64,000 bases of DNA, from the IMG/VR virus record IMGVR_UViG_3300046817_000498, one strand, 5' to 3'. The stretch is from a virus. Position numbers and translations under genes: made by a program. Below the pieces are notes generated by a model. The model had not been told where the DNA came from. It saw only the letters and a program-made list of their open reading frames with translations, and ran no database searches. Of the stretch, positions 17,614-26,152 are shown in pieces (the first letter of the stretch is position 1; every line of letters starts with the position of its first letter).

Positions 17614-19740
17614 TCATTGGACGGCCGCTCCCTCGATCGTGGCGGCGTCGGCCTTCTCGCCTGCCTTGATCTGGAGCTCGACGTCGCGCCGCTTGATTTC
17701 CTCGGCGAACTTCCCGAGGCCAAGATGCTCGACGAGCAACCTGACCGCGCCCTGAATCTCGGCCACGTTCTGGGCCGTGAAGGCGCGCATCTCGACGTCG
17801 TGTTGCTTCGTCGCCGCGATCGTCTCGACGTCGTGAATCTTGGTCCCGGCCTTGATGTGCTCGCGCTCGGTCGCGCCCTCCTGGCGGAGCTGCTCGATCC
17901 CGGTCTTGAACTTCAGCTCGAGGCCGGCCTGTTGGAGAAGCTGATGGGCCTGCTGGAGCTGCTGCTGCAGCCCCTTGATCATCATCTGCGCGCGAGGCGG
18001 GACGTCAGACTGCTCGTCCATCTGCGCCAGCGGGTTCGAGGCGGCGAGGCGGTCGGCAAGTTGCTCGGCCCCCTCGGCGTCCGACATGCGGACCACGATG
18101 TCCGCTCCGACCTTGGCGATCAGGCCAGCCAGCGGCCCGTTCCCCATGAGCTCGGCGAAGTAAGCGCGGGCCTCCTCGCGCTTCGTGTTGAACCCGGGCC
18201 CGGTCTCCATCACCACGTCGTAGTCGCCCACCCGGACGTCGTTCAGGACCTGCTCGGCCGCGGCGGCCGCTGGATCAGGCCTCTTGTTGATCGTCACGAT
18301 CTGCGGCTTGTTGTCGTCACCGATGATCCGGAGCGTGCGCTGCGTGTCGTAGATCACCGGGGTCCAGTCGAGGAAAATCCGCCAGGTGTGGCAGATGGAC
18401 CGGGTCAGGTTGTCGTAGAAGTGGAAGTTTGACTGCTCGGACTGCCCCATCTCCTGGCTCAAGGCCTCGCCCGACTTCGGTCCGGAGTGCTTGAGGTTCA
18501 CCGGGTCGAACATGCCGACCACGCGCTGGAGGTTCTCGGAGGCCTGCATCGAGGCTTGGATCACGCCCATGGGCGGGGTCTCAGGCTGGATACGCTGCGG
18601 GACGTGCCCCGGAGGCAGCGGCTCGCCGTCCAGGCCGTATGGCTTGTAGTGCAGCACCGCCTTCGTGGACAGGTTCGCGTTGGCGAACTCGTTCTCGTGC
18701 CCCTCGTCCGCGCCCTCGGGCACCAGCCACTTGGCCTTCGGTGCCATCGCGAGAATCTCGGTGATGTTCGTCTGCCAGTAGTTGACCATGCGCTGCGGGT
18801 CGCGGGCGAAGCGCACGAGGCCGAACTTGCGGCGCTTGCCGTCGATGATCACGTTCACCCCGTAGACCGGGATAACCGGGATCCAGCGGCCGGGCAGCTC
18901 GGTGCGTTCGAGCTCGTCGAACGCCGTGAGCTTGCAGCACAAGACCTTGCGCCTCCAGCTCGGGCGGTCCCCGACCACGCGCAGTCCGGCGGAGTCGATC
19001 GCGCCGGGCGATGGCATGTCGTCCTTGTAGTAGATCGCCCCGTTGGAGAGCTTCACCAGGGTCGCGCGCACCTTGTCGATGTAGATGTACTCGCCGATGC
19101 GGATCGCGTCGCGCGTGACCCATGTGATCCGGCGGTCTCCTGGCCCGCTCTCCTTGAACCCGGCGCCATCGTTGGCGCCCGGGTACTCCTTGCGGAACTG
19201 CACCTTCGGTATCTCGTCGGTCACGAGGCACCGCTCCGCGTCCGATCCGTCCGGCAAGGCGCTGTACGGGTCGTAGTAGACCCCGAAGGGGTTGTCGATC
19301 TGCCGGACGAAAATATCCTGATCGAAGGTGGTGTCGCTCAAGTAGTCGTTGCAGACCCGCCAGTATCCCCAGCCGCTCGTGACCGCGAAGTCCGCGGCGA
19401 GGTCGTAGGCGTAGGAGGCATCGGAGTGCGTCTCGATGTGCCGCCCGAGCCCGGTGATCACCTTCGCGGTCTGCTTCGTGGACGTGTTGTTGACCGGGTG
19501 GGCTCGGCCACGCGGCCGTTGCTGGCGGATGTGATTCACGACCTGGCGGCAATAGCTGTCGGTCTCGTTTATCACGAGCATCGGCCGTGAGGCCTGCGGC
19601 TCGTTGCGCGACTGCTGGATCTGGACGAGCCACTGGTCGCCGTACCGGAACTTCAAGTCCTGCAGCCCCTCTTGGCGGTTGTAGTTGTCCGCCTCGCTGA
19701 CCAGGTGCATGAACTCGACCGCGTCGTCGTTGATCGACAT
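17614..19740 (-). CDS. portal protein
   Basis: 708 aa. N-terminus NRQEGLQDLKFRYGDQW, with size and position typical of P22-type portals. Confidence 0.85.
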   Translation of the reverse strand: MSINDDAVEFMHLVSEADNYNRQEGLQDLKFRYGDQWLVQIQQSRNEPQASRPMLVINETDSYCRQVVNHIRQQRPRGRAHPVNNTSTKQTAKVITGLGRHIETHSDASYAYDLAADFAVTSGWGYWRVCNDYLSDTTFDQDIFVRQIDNPFGVYYDPYSALPDGSDAERCLVTDEIPKVQFRKEYPGANDGAGFKESGPGDRRITWVTRDAIRIGEYIYIDKVRATLVKLSNGAIYYKDDMPSPGAIDSAGLRVVGDRPSWRRKVLCCKLTAFDELERTELPGRWIPVIPVYGVNVIIDGKRRKFGLVRFARDPQRMVNYWQTNITEILAMAPKAKWLVPEGADEGHENEFANANLSTKAVLHYKPYGLDGEPLPPGHVPQRIQPETPPMGVIQASMQASENLQRVVGMFDPVNLKHSGPKSGEALSQEMGQSEQSNFHFYDNLTRSICHTWRIFLDWTPVIYDTQRTLRIIGDDNKPQIVTINKRPDPAAAAAEQVLNDVRVGDYDVVMETGPGFNTKREEARAYFAELMGNGPLAGLIAKVGADIVVRMSDAEGAEQLADRLAASNPLAQMDEQSDVPPRAQMMIKGLQQQLQQAHQLLQQAGLELKFKTGIEQLRQEGATEREHIKAGTKIHDVETIAATKQHDVEMRAFTAQNVAEIQGAVRLLVEHLGLGKFAEEIKRRDVELQIKAGEKADAATIEGAAVQ

Positions 19741-20126
19741 CAGGGAGCCTTCACGTGGCGCGCGCCGTCAACGCCTTCTGGAAGCGGAAGATACCGAAGA
19801 TCCCGCCATGTCTTTCCCTCGTGCCGAAGTTGATTCCCGAGGATCAGGAACGCCACCTTGCGGCGCTCCTCAAGGTCTTCCTGTCCTCGAAGGCTCGAAA
19901 ATCCGTGCACGAGCTTCTGTGTCACATGCCACTGTCCGTCATCCGTGAGAATGTCGTGCCGAACGACGAATTTGTCGAGACCAATGTCGTAGGCCGCAAC
20001 TTCGCGAATGAACCCGACTGGTTCGGCGGACGCCTGCGCGAGCGGGACAAGTTGAAGCCCAGGCAACGCGATCCCCGCGCCAGCGGCCCCGGTGATCTTC
20101 AGGAACGTGCGTCTGGAGATTTCCAT
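19740..20126 (-). CDS. small exported protein with twin-arginine signal
   Basis: MEISRRTFLKITGAAGAGIALPG...AQASAEP gives a consensus S-R-R-x-F-L-K plus h-region and A-x-A. Its stop overlaps the portal ATG. Confidence 0.6.
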   Translation of the reverse strand: MEISRRTFLKITGAAGAGIALPGLQLVPLAQASAEPVGFIREVAAYDIGLDKFVVRHDILTDDGQWHVTQKLVHGFSSLRGQEDLEERRKVAFLILGNQLRHEGKTWRDLRYLPLPEGVDGARHVKAP

Positions 20127-20129
20127 GGC

Positions 20130-20348
20130 CTACAGGTGCGGCACCGTGTACGGAACGGCCTTGCCGTTGACGACGAGGTAGCGGGCTTCCTTGACGGTCA
20201 GCGACTTCCTCGCGTAGTCGGACACACCGGGCGCGGCGTAGGCTTGACCGTCGAGGTAGAAAATCGTCGCCATGCCCGGGATGCCGAAGCCGCCGGCCGC
20301 GAATCCGGTGTCGATGATCGCGTCGTCCTTGAGGTTGCTTGCGTTCAC
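20130..20348 (-). CDS. hypothetical protein
   Basis: 72-aa ORF in the operon, overlapping the upstream gene by 4 nt. Confidence 0.4.
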   Translation of the reverse strand: MNASNLKDDAIIDTGFAAGGFGIPGMATIFYLDGQAYAAPGVSDYARKSLTVKEARYLVVNGKAVPYTVPHL

Positions 20349-20638
20349 GATTTCACTACCTCCAGTTTCGGACCAACGGCCTCGCGGGCGCTCGGATCGC
20401 TCACCGGGTTGCGGAAAGAGCGAACCGTGTCAGCAGCGTCCACGAGCCGTTGCGCTGCATTCTCCTTCATCCGACGCGGGACCGCTACCTGCTTCGCCAG
20501 CCGGTGCAGCGCCTCCCAGCAATCGAAGAACTCCCGGAGCATCTCCAGCTCGGTCAGGAGCGCCTCGGCCTGCGCGACCTTCTCGGCCGGGACTATCGGC
20601 GGTGCCACCTTCGGCGGCATGACGGGCGGCTGGCTCAC
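20345..20638 (-). CDS. hypothetical protein
   Basis: 97-aa ORF, coupled on both sides. Confidence 0.4.
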   Translation of the reverse strand: MSQPPVMPPKVAPPIVPAEKVAQAEALLTELEMLREFFDCWEALHRLAKQVAVPRRMKENAAQRLVDAADTVRSFRNPVSDPSAREAVGPKLEVVKS

Positions 20639-20880
20639 GATAGGCGGGCCTCGAGCGGGTGGTGCGGGAGCTCGTGCGTGTGCCGGCGCGCGACGATCGC
20701 CGCCTTCACGGCCGACTCGTCGGCGAGGTGGTAGACCTTGCCACGCTCGGTCGGGATCACGCCATCGGGGAAGCCGTAGTAGCGCCCGTCGACCTGAAAC
20801 CAGGCCGTGGACCCGTCCGGGTCGTAGGCTTGCGCGAGTTTCCCGGCGGGAATGTAGCCGTTGACCGCGTCGAGCGCCAT
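20635..20880 (-). CDS. hypothetical protein
   Basis: 81 aa from ATG 20880 (ATGA coupling). The long upstream extension in the track is rejected. Confidence 0.4.
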   Translation of the reverse strand: MALDAVNGYIPAGKLAQAYDPDGSTAWFQVDGRYYGFPDGVIPTERGKVYHLADESAVKAAIVARRHTHELPHHPLEARLS

Positions 20881-21110
20881 CAGAACGACCCCCGGATAAA
20901 CACGAAGACCCAGAACACCACGCGCGCGATCTGCGCCAGCGCGCGGCCGGTGCGCTCGCCGACGTAGTGGAAGGATCCGTCCTCCATCAGGAAGCCCCAA
21001 TCGCGGCCGTCCTTGACGAAGCCCATCGGGGCACCGTAGCGCCCGTCGTACTTGCGCGACGCGGTGAGCTGCCACCGCAAGTTGAACGGAACCAGATGCT
21101 TCAGGCTCAT
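20880..21110 (-). CDS. hypothetical protein with C-terminal TM
   Basis: 76 aa from ATG 21110, ending IARVVFWVFVFIRGSF. Confidence 0.4.
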   Translation of the reverse strand: MSLKHLVPFNLRWQLTASRKYDGRYGAPMGFVKDGRDWGFLMEDGSFHYVGERTGRALAQIARVVFWVFVFIRGSF

Positions 21111-21202
21111 GGCCGCAGATTGTAGACCAGCGGCGGCACCGTGAGGGGAGAAAAGCCCACGGGCCGCGCCGGCGCTCGAGCGTCTGGCTCTCGAGCAAGG
21201 GG

Positions 21203-21275
21203 AAGCGCCGGATGGAATTGAACCACCTACCTTCGGCTTATGAGACCGACGAGCTACCCGATGCTCCACGGCGCT
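21203..21275 (-). tRNA. tRNA with CAT anticodon (Met or Ile2-type), phage-borne
   Basis: A cloverleaf folds by hand. Acceptor AGCGCCG/CGGCGCT, D arm GAGC-ATCGGGTA-GCTC, anticodon arm TCGGT-CTCATAA-GCCGA, variable AGGTA, T arm GGTGG-TTCAATT-CCATC. No encoded CCA. Confidence 0.8.
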
Positions 21276-21288
21276 GAAGGCGCGCATC

Positions 21289-21513
21289 TTACCCTTTCCA
21301 CCAGTAGGTCCGCACGCCGCGCAGCCACGACGCCGCGTACAGGAAGCACAGGGCGAACATGCCCCATTGCCCGGCCTTCCACGTCGCCCAGAACCAGAAC
21401 GTCTGCCCGAGCAGCCCGAAGACGCACGCCCAGCGCCGCCAGGACTCGCGACTGTCCTGGCTCAAGAAGATGGCCGTCACCCCGAACAGCGCGATCCCGA
21501 GCTGCTCGATCAC
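21289..21513 (-). CDS. small membrane protein
   Basis: 74 aa from GTG 21513, just after the TerL stop. Trp-rich with 2-3 TM segments (IALFGVTAIFL, ACVFGLLGQTFWFWATW, MFALCFLYAASW). Confidence 0.45.
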   Translation of the reverse strand: MIEQLGIALFGVTAIFLSQDSRESWRRWACVFGLLGQTFWFWATWKAGQWGMFALCFLYAASWLRGVRTYWWKG

Positions 21514-21514
21514 G

Positions 21515-22834
21515 CTACCCGCTCCACGGCATGGTCTCCACGCGCTGGCCGCGCGCCGCCTTCTTCTCCGCCCGCGCGATCCCCGGGAACAGCTCCGAGA
21601 ACAACCACACGAAGGCGTCCGCCCGGTTCGGACTCTCCTTGCCCGAGTACCCGGTCTTGCTGAACCCGAGCAGCTCGTCTTCGAGCTCCGGGAAGTGGCC
21701 GACCAGCTTGATCTTGCCGCGCTCGTGGAGCACCGAGATGGGCTCGGCCCGCACCGCCTTGCCGCGGGAGGCCGTGACCTTGCGAAACGGGCATTGAGGC
21801 TTCGCCGCCTGTACCACGAACCGCACCATGTCGCCCCCGAAGTTGGTCTCGCCCACGACCGCGTCGCCTGCGTGCCGGTCGAGCGCGTCGGTCGCAACCT
21901 TGCCCCAGACCTCGGGCGGGCCCTTCACCGTGAGGTCCTCGAGCAAGTAGCCCTGCCCGTCGGTCCCGAGGCCTCCGACCATGATCCCGATTTCGTCGTT
22001 GCCCTCGTCCTCGTCCTCCCCGGCGCCGCTCGGGTCGATCGACACCAGGAGCCGGATGAGGTCCGGGTACTCGGTCACCCGCGAGCGGTCGAACAGCTCC
22101 TCGGTCCAGAACGCGCCCGGCACCGCGTCTCCGTACTCCCCGCGGTAGAAGCGCCGCTGCAGGCGCTCCGGGAGCCGCTGGAGCTCGGCCAGGTACTCGG
22201 ATGGCAGGTTCTCCCGGTTGTCGACCGGGTTGATCCTGAAGTGCCGGTAGTTCTCCGGGTTCGAGAGCTTGGTCCGCGAGTCTGGGTCGAGGTGCTCGCG
22301 GAACATTTTGTAGACCCAGTGCGTCTTGCTGGGCGGGTTGCAGTCGTAGTACATCTTCAGCGCCAGCGTGCGGGCCTTCCCGTCGAGCGTGTACGGGACC
22401 TTCTGCGCGAGCCGCGTGACGGCCATGTTGCGCGACCCCCACGGGATCTGGCTCACCTCGTTCAGGAAGATCGTCGCGTACTCCCGGCCGAGGACCTTCT
22501 CGGTGCGCTCCTTGTCGTCGAGCCCAGCCAACCATATCTCCGAGCCACCAGGCAGCGGCAGATACCAGTCGCCCTTGTTGATATGCGCCGGCACGCCCGG
22601 GAAGCAATGCGCCATCACCCACGGGAGCGTCTCCATGCCGATCGACTCCTTAACGTGCGAGAAGCGGTACCGGAAGATCACGTGGCGGCTGCCCTTGGCC
22701 TTCAGGGCCCGCACGACGATGTTGCGGACGATCAGGACCGTCTTCCCGCTGCGGGATCCTCCCTCGCCGAGGATATGCCCCGCCGGGCTGTTGAGGATCG
22801 CGCGGGCCTCCTCCTGCTTCGCGGTCAGGATCAC
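21515..22834 (-). CDS. terL: terminase large subunit
   Basis: 439 aa from GTG 22834 (GTGA coupling). Walker A LGEGGSRSGKT, Walker B-like ATIFLNEVS, and a C-terminal nuclease region IDPSG..DE.GI. Confidence 0.85.
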   Translation of the reverse strand: MILTAKQEEARAILNSPAGHILGEGGSRSGKTVLIVRNIVVRALKAKGSRHVIFRYRFSHVKESIGMETLPWVMAHCFPGVPAHINKGDWYLPLPGGSEIWLAGLDDKERTEKVLGREYATIFLNEVSQIPWGSRNMAVTRLAQKVPYTLDGKARTLALKMYYDCNPPSKTHWVYKMFREHLDPDSRTKLSNPENYRHFRINPVDNRENLPSEYLAELQRLPERLQRRFYRGEYGDAVPGAFWTEELFDRSRVTEYPDLIRLLVSIDPSGAGEDEDEGNDEIGIMVGGLGTDGQGYLLEDLTVKGPPEVWGKVATDALDRHAGDAVVGETNFGGDMVRFVVQAAKPQCPFRKVTASRGKAVRAEPISVLHERGKIKLVGHFPELEDELLGFSKTGYSGKESPNRADAFVWLFSELFPGIARAEKKAARGQRVETMPWSG

Positions 22835-23112
22835 AGGAGCCACCGCCCGTCGACGACCGGCCACGAGCCTCGGATCCGCTTCATCGCGTCCACGAACGCT
22901 CGCCGGTCGAGTTCCACGGCCCCAGCCTCGAGCGCGGCCGCCCGCTTGCTCTTGCAAACGTCGAAGTGCGGCATGCTCGAGGAGGCCTGGAACCAGCGCG
23001 CAGCCACGCCGATCTTCTCGGCCATCGCGCGCAGCTCCTCCGGAGTGTCGGCGATCATGTGGCACATGACCATCCGGCCGAAGCCGTGCGCCGACTTGTC
23101 CACGTAGATCAC
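22831..23112 (-). CDS. DUF4031 family protein
   Basis: CHMIADTPEELRAMAEKIGVAARWFQ..HFDVCKSKRAAALEAGA matches the DUF4031 signature. GTGA coupling at both ends. Confidence 0.75.
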   Translation of the reverse strand: MIYVDKSAHGFGRMVMCHMIADTPEELRAMAEKIGVAARWFQASSSMPHFDVCKSKRAAALEAGAVELDRRAFVDAMKRIRGSWPVVDGRWLL

Positions 23113-23582
23113 GCGGCCGCCCCGGCGACCCACCGCCACTTGCCGCCCACGAGGTCCGAGCCGACCGGCTGGGCGTTACGCCCTGGCCGCGAGTGCCAGG
23201 CCTTGGCCTTCGTCCCCGCGTCGTCCTGGTCGAGCTGGAACCCGGCCGCCCGTAAGCTCGCCCCGCCCTCCTCGGGCAAGGTGTAGGTGAAGATCCGGTC
23301 TGGCCGGTAGCCGAGCGCAAGGAGCGCCCGACGGCACGCCCCATAGAGCATGGAGCAGGCGTTGCGAGTTCCGTCGGTGCAGCACCGCGTAACCTCCGCG
23401 CTGGCTCCATCGTCGAGCATCCGGGCCACTGGCCGGCCTACGATCGCCACGCCGCACAGGCGCCCGTCCTCCTCGATCGCGACAGCGAACAACAACCCCG
23501 GGACAGGACGGTGGTGTCGGTGAAAGCGCCGGACGAACTCGTTCGCCTCGGCCAAGTAGATCGGGCGGACGCGCAGCGTCAC
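23109..23582 (-). CDS. XF1762-family / GNAT-like protein
   Basis: 157 aa. ANEFVRRFHRHHRPVPG..FAVAI..CGVAIVGRPVAR is typical of the acetyltransferase-fold family found near phage terminase genes. Confidence 0.55.
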   Translation of the reverse strand: MTLRVRPIYLAEANEFVRRFHRHHRPVPGLLFAVAIEEDGRLCGVAIVGRPVARMLDDGASAEVTRCCTDGTRNACSMLYGACRRALLALGYRPDRIFTYTLPEEGGASLRAAGFQLDQDDAGTKAKAWHSRPGRNAQPVGSDLVGGKWRWVAGAAA

Positions 23583-23917
23583 GCCGCGAACCGGCCCGGA
23601 CGCCTCGTGTGGACGACCAGTCGCCGATCGAAGGACTCGTTGAACGCAGCGAGGTATCGGGAATTCATCGCCGAGCTGAACACGAGGTTCTCCTCGAGGA
23701 TACGCAAGGCCTCCTGCGTGATCTGGGAGACGGTCAGGAGTTGGCCGCCCCGCACCGCCATCGGGACCACGTTCTCGGTCGCCTCGATAATGTTCTCTCC
23801 CCAGACCACGAGCTCGGGCATCACGAGCTTGCGGATCGGCATCAGCACGCCGGACCCGACCACGGCCGGAGCTACGCCAGCGGCCAAGATCGCCTGCAGG
23901 AAACCGCGGCGGTTCAC
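23579..23917 (-). CDS. Tat-signal-like protein with a copy of the coat N-arm
   Basis: 112 aa from GTG 23917. VNRRGFLQAILAAGVAPAVVGSG is followed by LLTVSQITQEALRILEENLVFSSAMNSRY..TRRPGRF. This aligns to coat residues LLTISKITNEALMVLENELTFTSEVNREY..VRRPGRF. Confidence 0.6.
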   Translation of the reverse strand: MNRRGFLQAILAAGVAPAVVGSGVLMPIRKLVMPELVVWGENIIEATENVVPMAVRGGQLLTVSQITQEALRILEENLVFSSAMNSRYLAAFNESFDRRLVVHTRRPGRFAA

Positions 23918-24099
23918 GTGGTCTTCTCCTTGGCCTTCGCCGCAGCCCTGCGCTTCCGCATCAGCTCGCGCTGGTACTTCGTGCGGTCGAACTTCGCCTC
24001 GCGCGGGGTGCGCTCGCCGAGCTTGCGCCGCGCTGGGGTTCCAGCGCAGACGTGCCGCCACTCTTGCTTGCCGCAGATGGTACAGGTTGGGGCGTCCAT
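23914..24099 (-). CDS. small zinc-ribbon / basic protein
   Basis: 61 aa with CTICGKQEWRHVC and a Lys/Arg-rich tail. Confidence 0.4.
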   Translation of the reverse strand: MDAPTCTICGKQEWRHVCAGTPARRKLGERTPREAKFDRTKYQRELMRKRRAAAKAKEKTT

Positions 24100-24139
24100 G
24101 CCGTTTAGTCTAACTGTTAGCCTACGCGAAGTCTAACGC

Positions 24140-24442
24140 TCACGCTTCCTCGTCGCCCTTCGCCAGCCTCACGATAATGTCGCCCCCGTCGAACCCGGAG
24201 AGCGGTTGCACGCTCTTGCCGTCCATCCGGTCGGCGAGCTCCTTGATCGCCCGCACGTCGCCCTTCGTCGCCTTCGAGGCCATGGTCAGGAGCCGCTCGG
24301 CCGCAGCGCGGAGCTTCTTCCCGTTGTCCTGTTTGATCGCCCGGTCGAGCGCCTCGCGGAACGGCTTGTTCTTCGTGGCGTTCGTGTTCCCCGGCTGGGC
24401 CCCGCTGGTCTTCTTACCTGTCACGCTCGACTCCAGTTGCAT
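24140..24442 (-). CDS. terminase small subunit-like protein
   Basis: 100 aa. PGNTNATKNKPFREALDRAI resembles the DUF5681-type small terminase N-terminus. Positioned upstream of TerL. Confidence 0.4.
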   Translation of the reverse strand: MQLESSVTGKKTSGAQPGNTNATKNKPFREALDRAIKQDNGKKLRAAAERLLTMASKATKGDVRAIKELADRMDGKSVQPLSGFDGGDIIVRLAKGDEEA

Positions 24443-24463
24443 TGCTTTGAACCGTCGGGGATT

Positions 24464-25339
24464 CTACACCCCGCACATGCCCTCGCACTCGACCGCGAAG
24501 CCGTGCTCGTCGAACATGGCCTGTTGCCCGGCGTCCTCGGCGTTGCGGAGGTCCACCTCGTCGAGCGGCTTGCAGGATCGGTGCAGGAAGACAGGGGCGT
24601 TCACGCCGCGCACGGTGCCGAAGCGGATCCCGCGGTCGAACTCCACCGCGCGGGCGAACTCGGTGGGCTGGTTGATCTTCATATCGCGCCACATCGCGTC
24701 GTCGTGGTAGGGGCAGAAGTAGCAGGCGGACTTGGCTGGCTTCGGGAAGCCGTGCGCCTCCATCCAGGCGAGGCAGTCCTGCCGGGACATGCCGATCTCA
24801 AGGAGCGGGTGCCGGGAGATAGCCCACGGCTCGTTCGACAGCTTGGCCCGGTGCGCCTCGTCGGTGGAGATACCGATCCACCTCGTTGCGAGGACCTCCC
24901 TCGATCGCTGGCGCGGGACTAGCCCGACGAAACGGCGCAGCCACTTGTTGATCGGCTCGATCTTGTACTCGCGGGTGCATTGCCGGCGGAGCTGCCCCTC
25001 TTTTCCCTGGTTGACCGTGTAGAACGGCGCGGTCAGGTTGTACCCATTCTTCCCGCGCTCGTGCGTCTGGATCGGGGCCGTGTAGAAGGGAGGGTTGGCG
25101 ATCCTCGGAAGCGCGTTCGAGTTGAGCGTGTCCTGCTCGAGGTTGCCGGTGGTGACGCGGAAGACGGGAAAGGGTAGCTGCTTCTCCAGCCACGCCAGCC
25201 ACTCGTAGACCGCCAGCGGTTCGGCTTGGGTGTCGGCGAACACCGCCGCGTCCGGCATCGGGGTTATCTCGCCAGCTCCGGCCATCAGCGCCATCGTCGA
25301 GGACTGGACCCCGGCGCCGAGGGAGATGATGTGCTTCAC
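24464..25339 (-). CDS. phosphoadenosine phosphosulfate reductase family protein
   Basis: 291 aa. The PP-loop-like ISLGAGVQSSTMAL and overall length are typical of phage PAPS reductase-like proteins. Confidence 0.7.
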   Translation of the reverse strand: MKHIISLGAGVQSSTMALMAGAGEITPMPDAAVFADTQAEPLAVYEWLAWLEKQLPFPVFRVTTGNLEQDTLNSNALPRIANPPFYTAPIQTHERGKNGYNLTAPFYTVNQGKEGQLRRQCTREYKIEPINKWLRRFVGLVPRQRSREVLATRWIGISTDEAHRAKLSNEPWAISRHPLLEIGMSRQDCLAWMEAHGFPKPAKSACYFCPYHDDAMWRDMKINQPTEFARAVEFDRGIRFGTVRGVNAPVFLHRSCKPLDEVDLRNAEDAGQQAMFDEHGFAVECEGMCGV

Positions 25340-25461
25340 CGGAACAGCGCGAGCAACGCCAAGCCGAGACAGACCAGGAGCACCCAGCCGAGGATGCGGG
25401 CGCCCTCGATCGCGTCGCGCGACTTCTGGGCGGTGTACTCGTTGAGCTCGCGCGGTGTCAT
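25336..25461 (-). CDS. 41-aa membrane peptide
   Basis: ATG 25461 is coupled to the upstream stop. C-terminal TM ILGWVLLVCLGLALLALF. Confidence 0.35.
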   Translation of the reverse strand: MTPRELNEYTAQKSRDAIEGARILGWVLLVCLGLALLALFR

Positions 25462-25598
25462 CGCACGACCTGGTTGACCTTGGGCTGCTTCGGGTCGACC
25501 TTGATGGTCACGTCGTAGTTGGCACCGACCGACCAGCCAGCCACGAAGAACAGGAGCATGAACAGCAGGACGACTTCTCCCTTCTGCTTTCGGCGCAT
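25458..25598 (-). CDS. 46-aa membrane peptide
   Basis: Hand translation gives MRRKQKGEVVLLFMLLFFVAGWSVGANYDVTIKVDPKQPKVNQVVR. Below the ORF-track length cutoff. Confidence 0.35.
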   Translation of the reverse strand: MRRKQKGEVVLLFMLLFFVAGWSVGANYDVTIKVDPKQPKVNQVVR

Positions 25599-25601
25599 TG
25601 G

Positions 25602-25949
25602 TCAGGCTCCCGGGTAGTTGCAGACGCGAACGATGGCGCGGAACAGGTGGTCCTTGACGCGCTGGTCCTCCGGGAGCTGCGCCCACGGCAGCATGTTCGG
25701 GTGCGTCTTGAGCTCGACGTCCTTGGGGCCGAGCGTCCAGCCTTGATCGGTGCGGTCCTCGAGCCACTTCGCGTGGCTATCCTCGGGTGAGGCCTCCGGG
25801 TGGTCGAGGTGGAATCGGACGCCGCGGATCACCCCGAGCTGGAGCCAGTCTGGCGCGTCTTCCCACGCCGGTTGTTCGGGGTCTCCGATGGCTTTGCAGT
25901 AGGCGCGGTTGACCTCGTGCGCGACTCGCGCGATCTCCTTGATCTGCAT
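25602..25949 (-). CDS. RyR domain protein
   Basis: 115 aa from ATG 25949. AHEVNRAYC..SHAKWLEDRTDQGWTLGPKDVELKTHPNMLPWAQLPEDQRVKD fits the ryanodine-receptor-like repeat seen in phages. Confidence 0.6.
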   Translation of the reverse strand: MQIKEIARVAHEVNRAYCKAIGDPEQPAWEDAPDWLQLGVIRGVRFHLDHPEASPEDSHAKWLEDRTDQGWTLGPKDVELKTHPNMLPWAQLPEDQRVKDHLFRAIVRVCNYPGA

Positions 25950-25951
25950 GT

Positions 25952-26152
25952 TCACCCCGGGGGCGGCCGCGAGATGCCGCGGTTGATAATCAGCGAGACC
26001 TGGACCATGTTCTGCTCGGCCTGGTCGTATTGGCGTTGGAGTTCCTTCAGGCGCTCCGGGTCCTTCGTGTTGTCCATGATCGCCTTGAGGCGCTGGCACG
26101 CGGCGGCCGCGTCGCGAATCTTCATGGAGATTTGCGGGTCGAGCTCGGTCAC
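25952..26152 (-). CDS. hypothetical protein
   Basis: 66 aa from GTG 26152 (GTGA coupling to the GroES stop). Confidence 0.35.
   Translation of the reverse strand: MTELDPQISMKIRDAAAACQRLKAIMDNTKDPERLKELQRQYDQAEQNMVQVSLIINRGISRPPPG

Noticed and set aside
21515-23410. The 631-aa version of the terminase ORF, and similar N-terminally extended ORFs (11328..13136, 28358..29257, 20635..21198, 14008..14703, 2402..3103).
   Set aside because: The extensions are low-complexity and overlap upstream genes. In each case an internal ATG or GTG forms a 4-nt ATGA/GTGA overlap with the upstream stop and marks the start of the recognisable domain.
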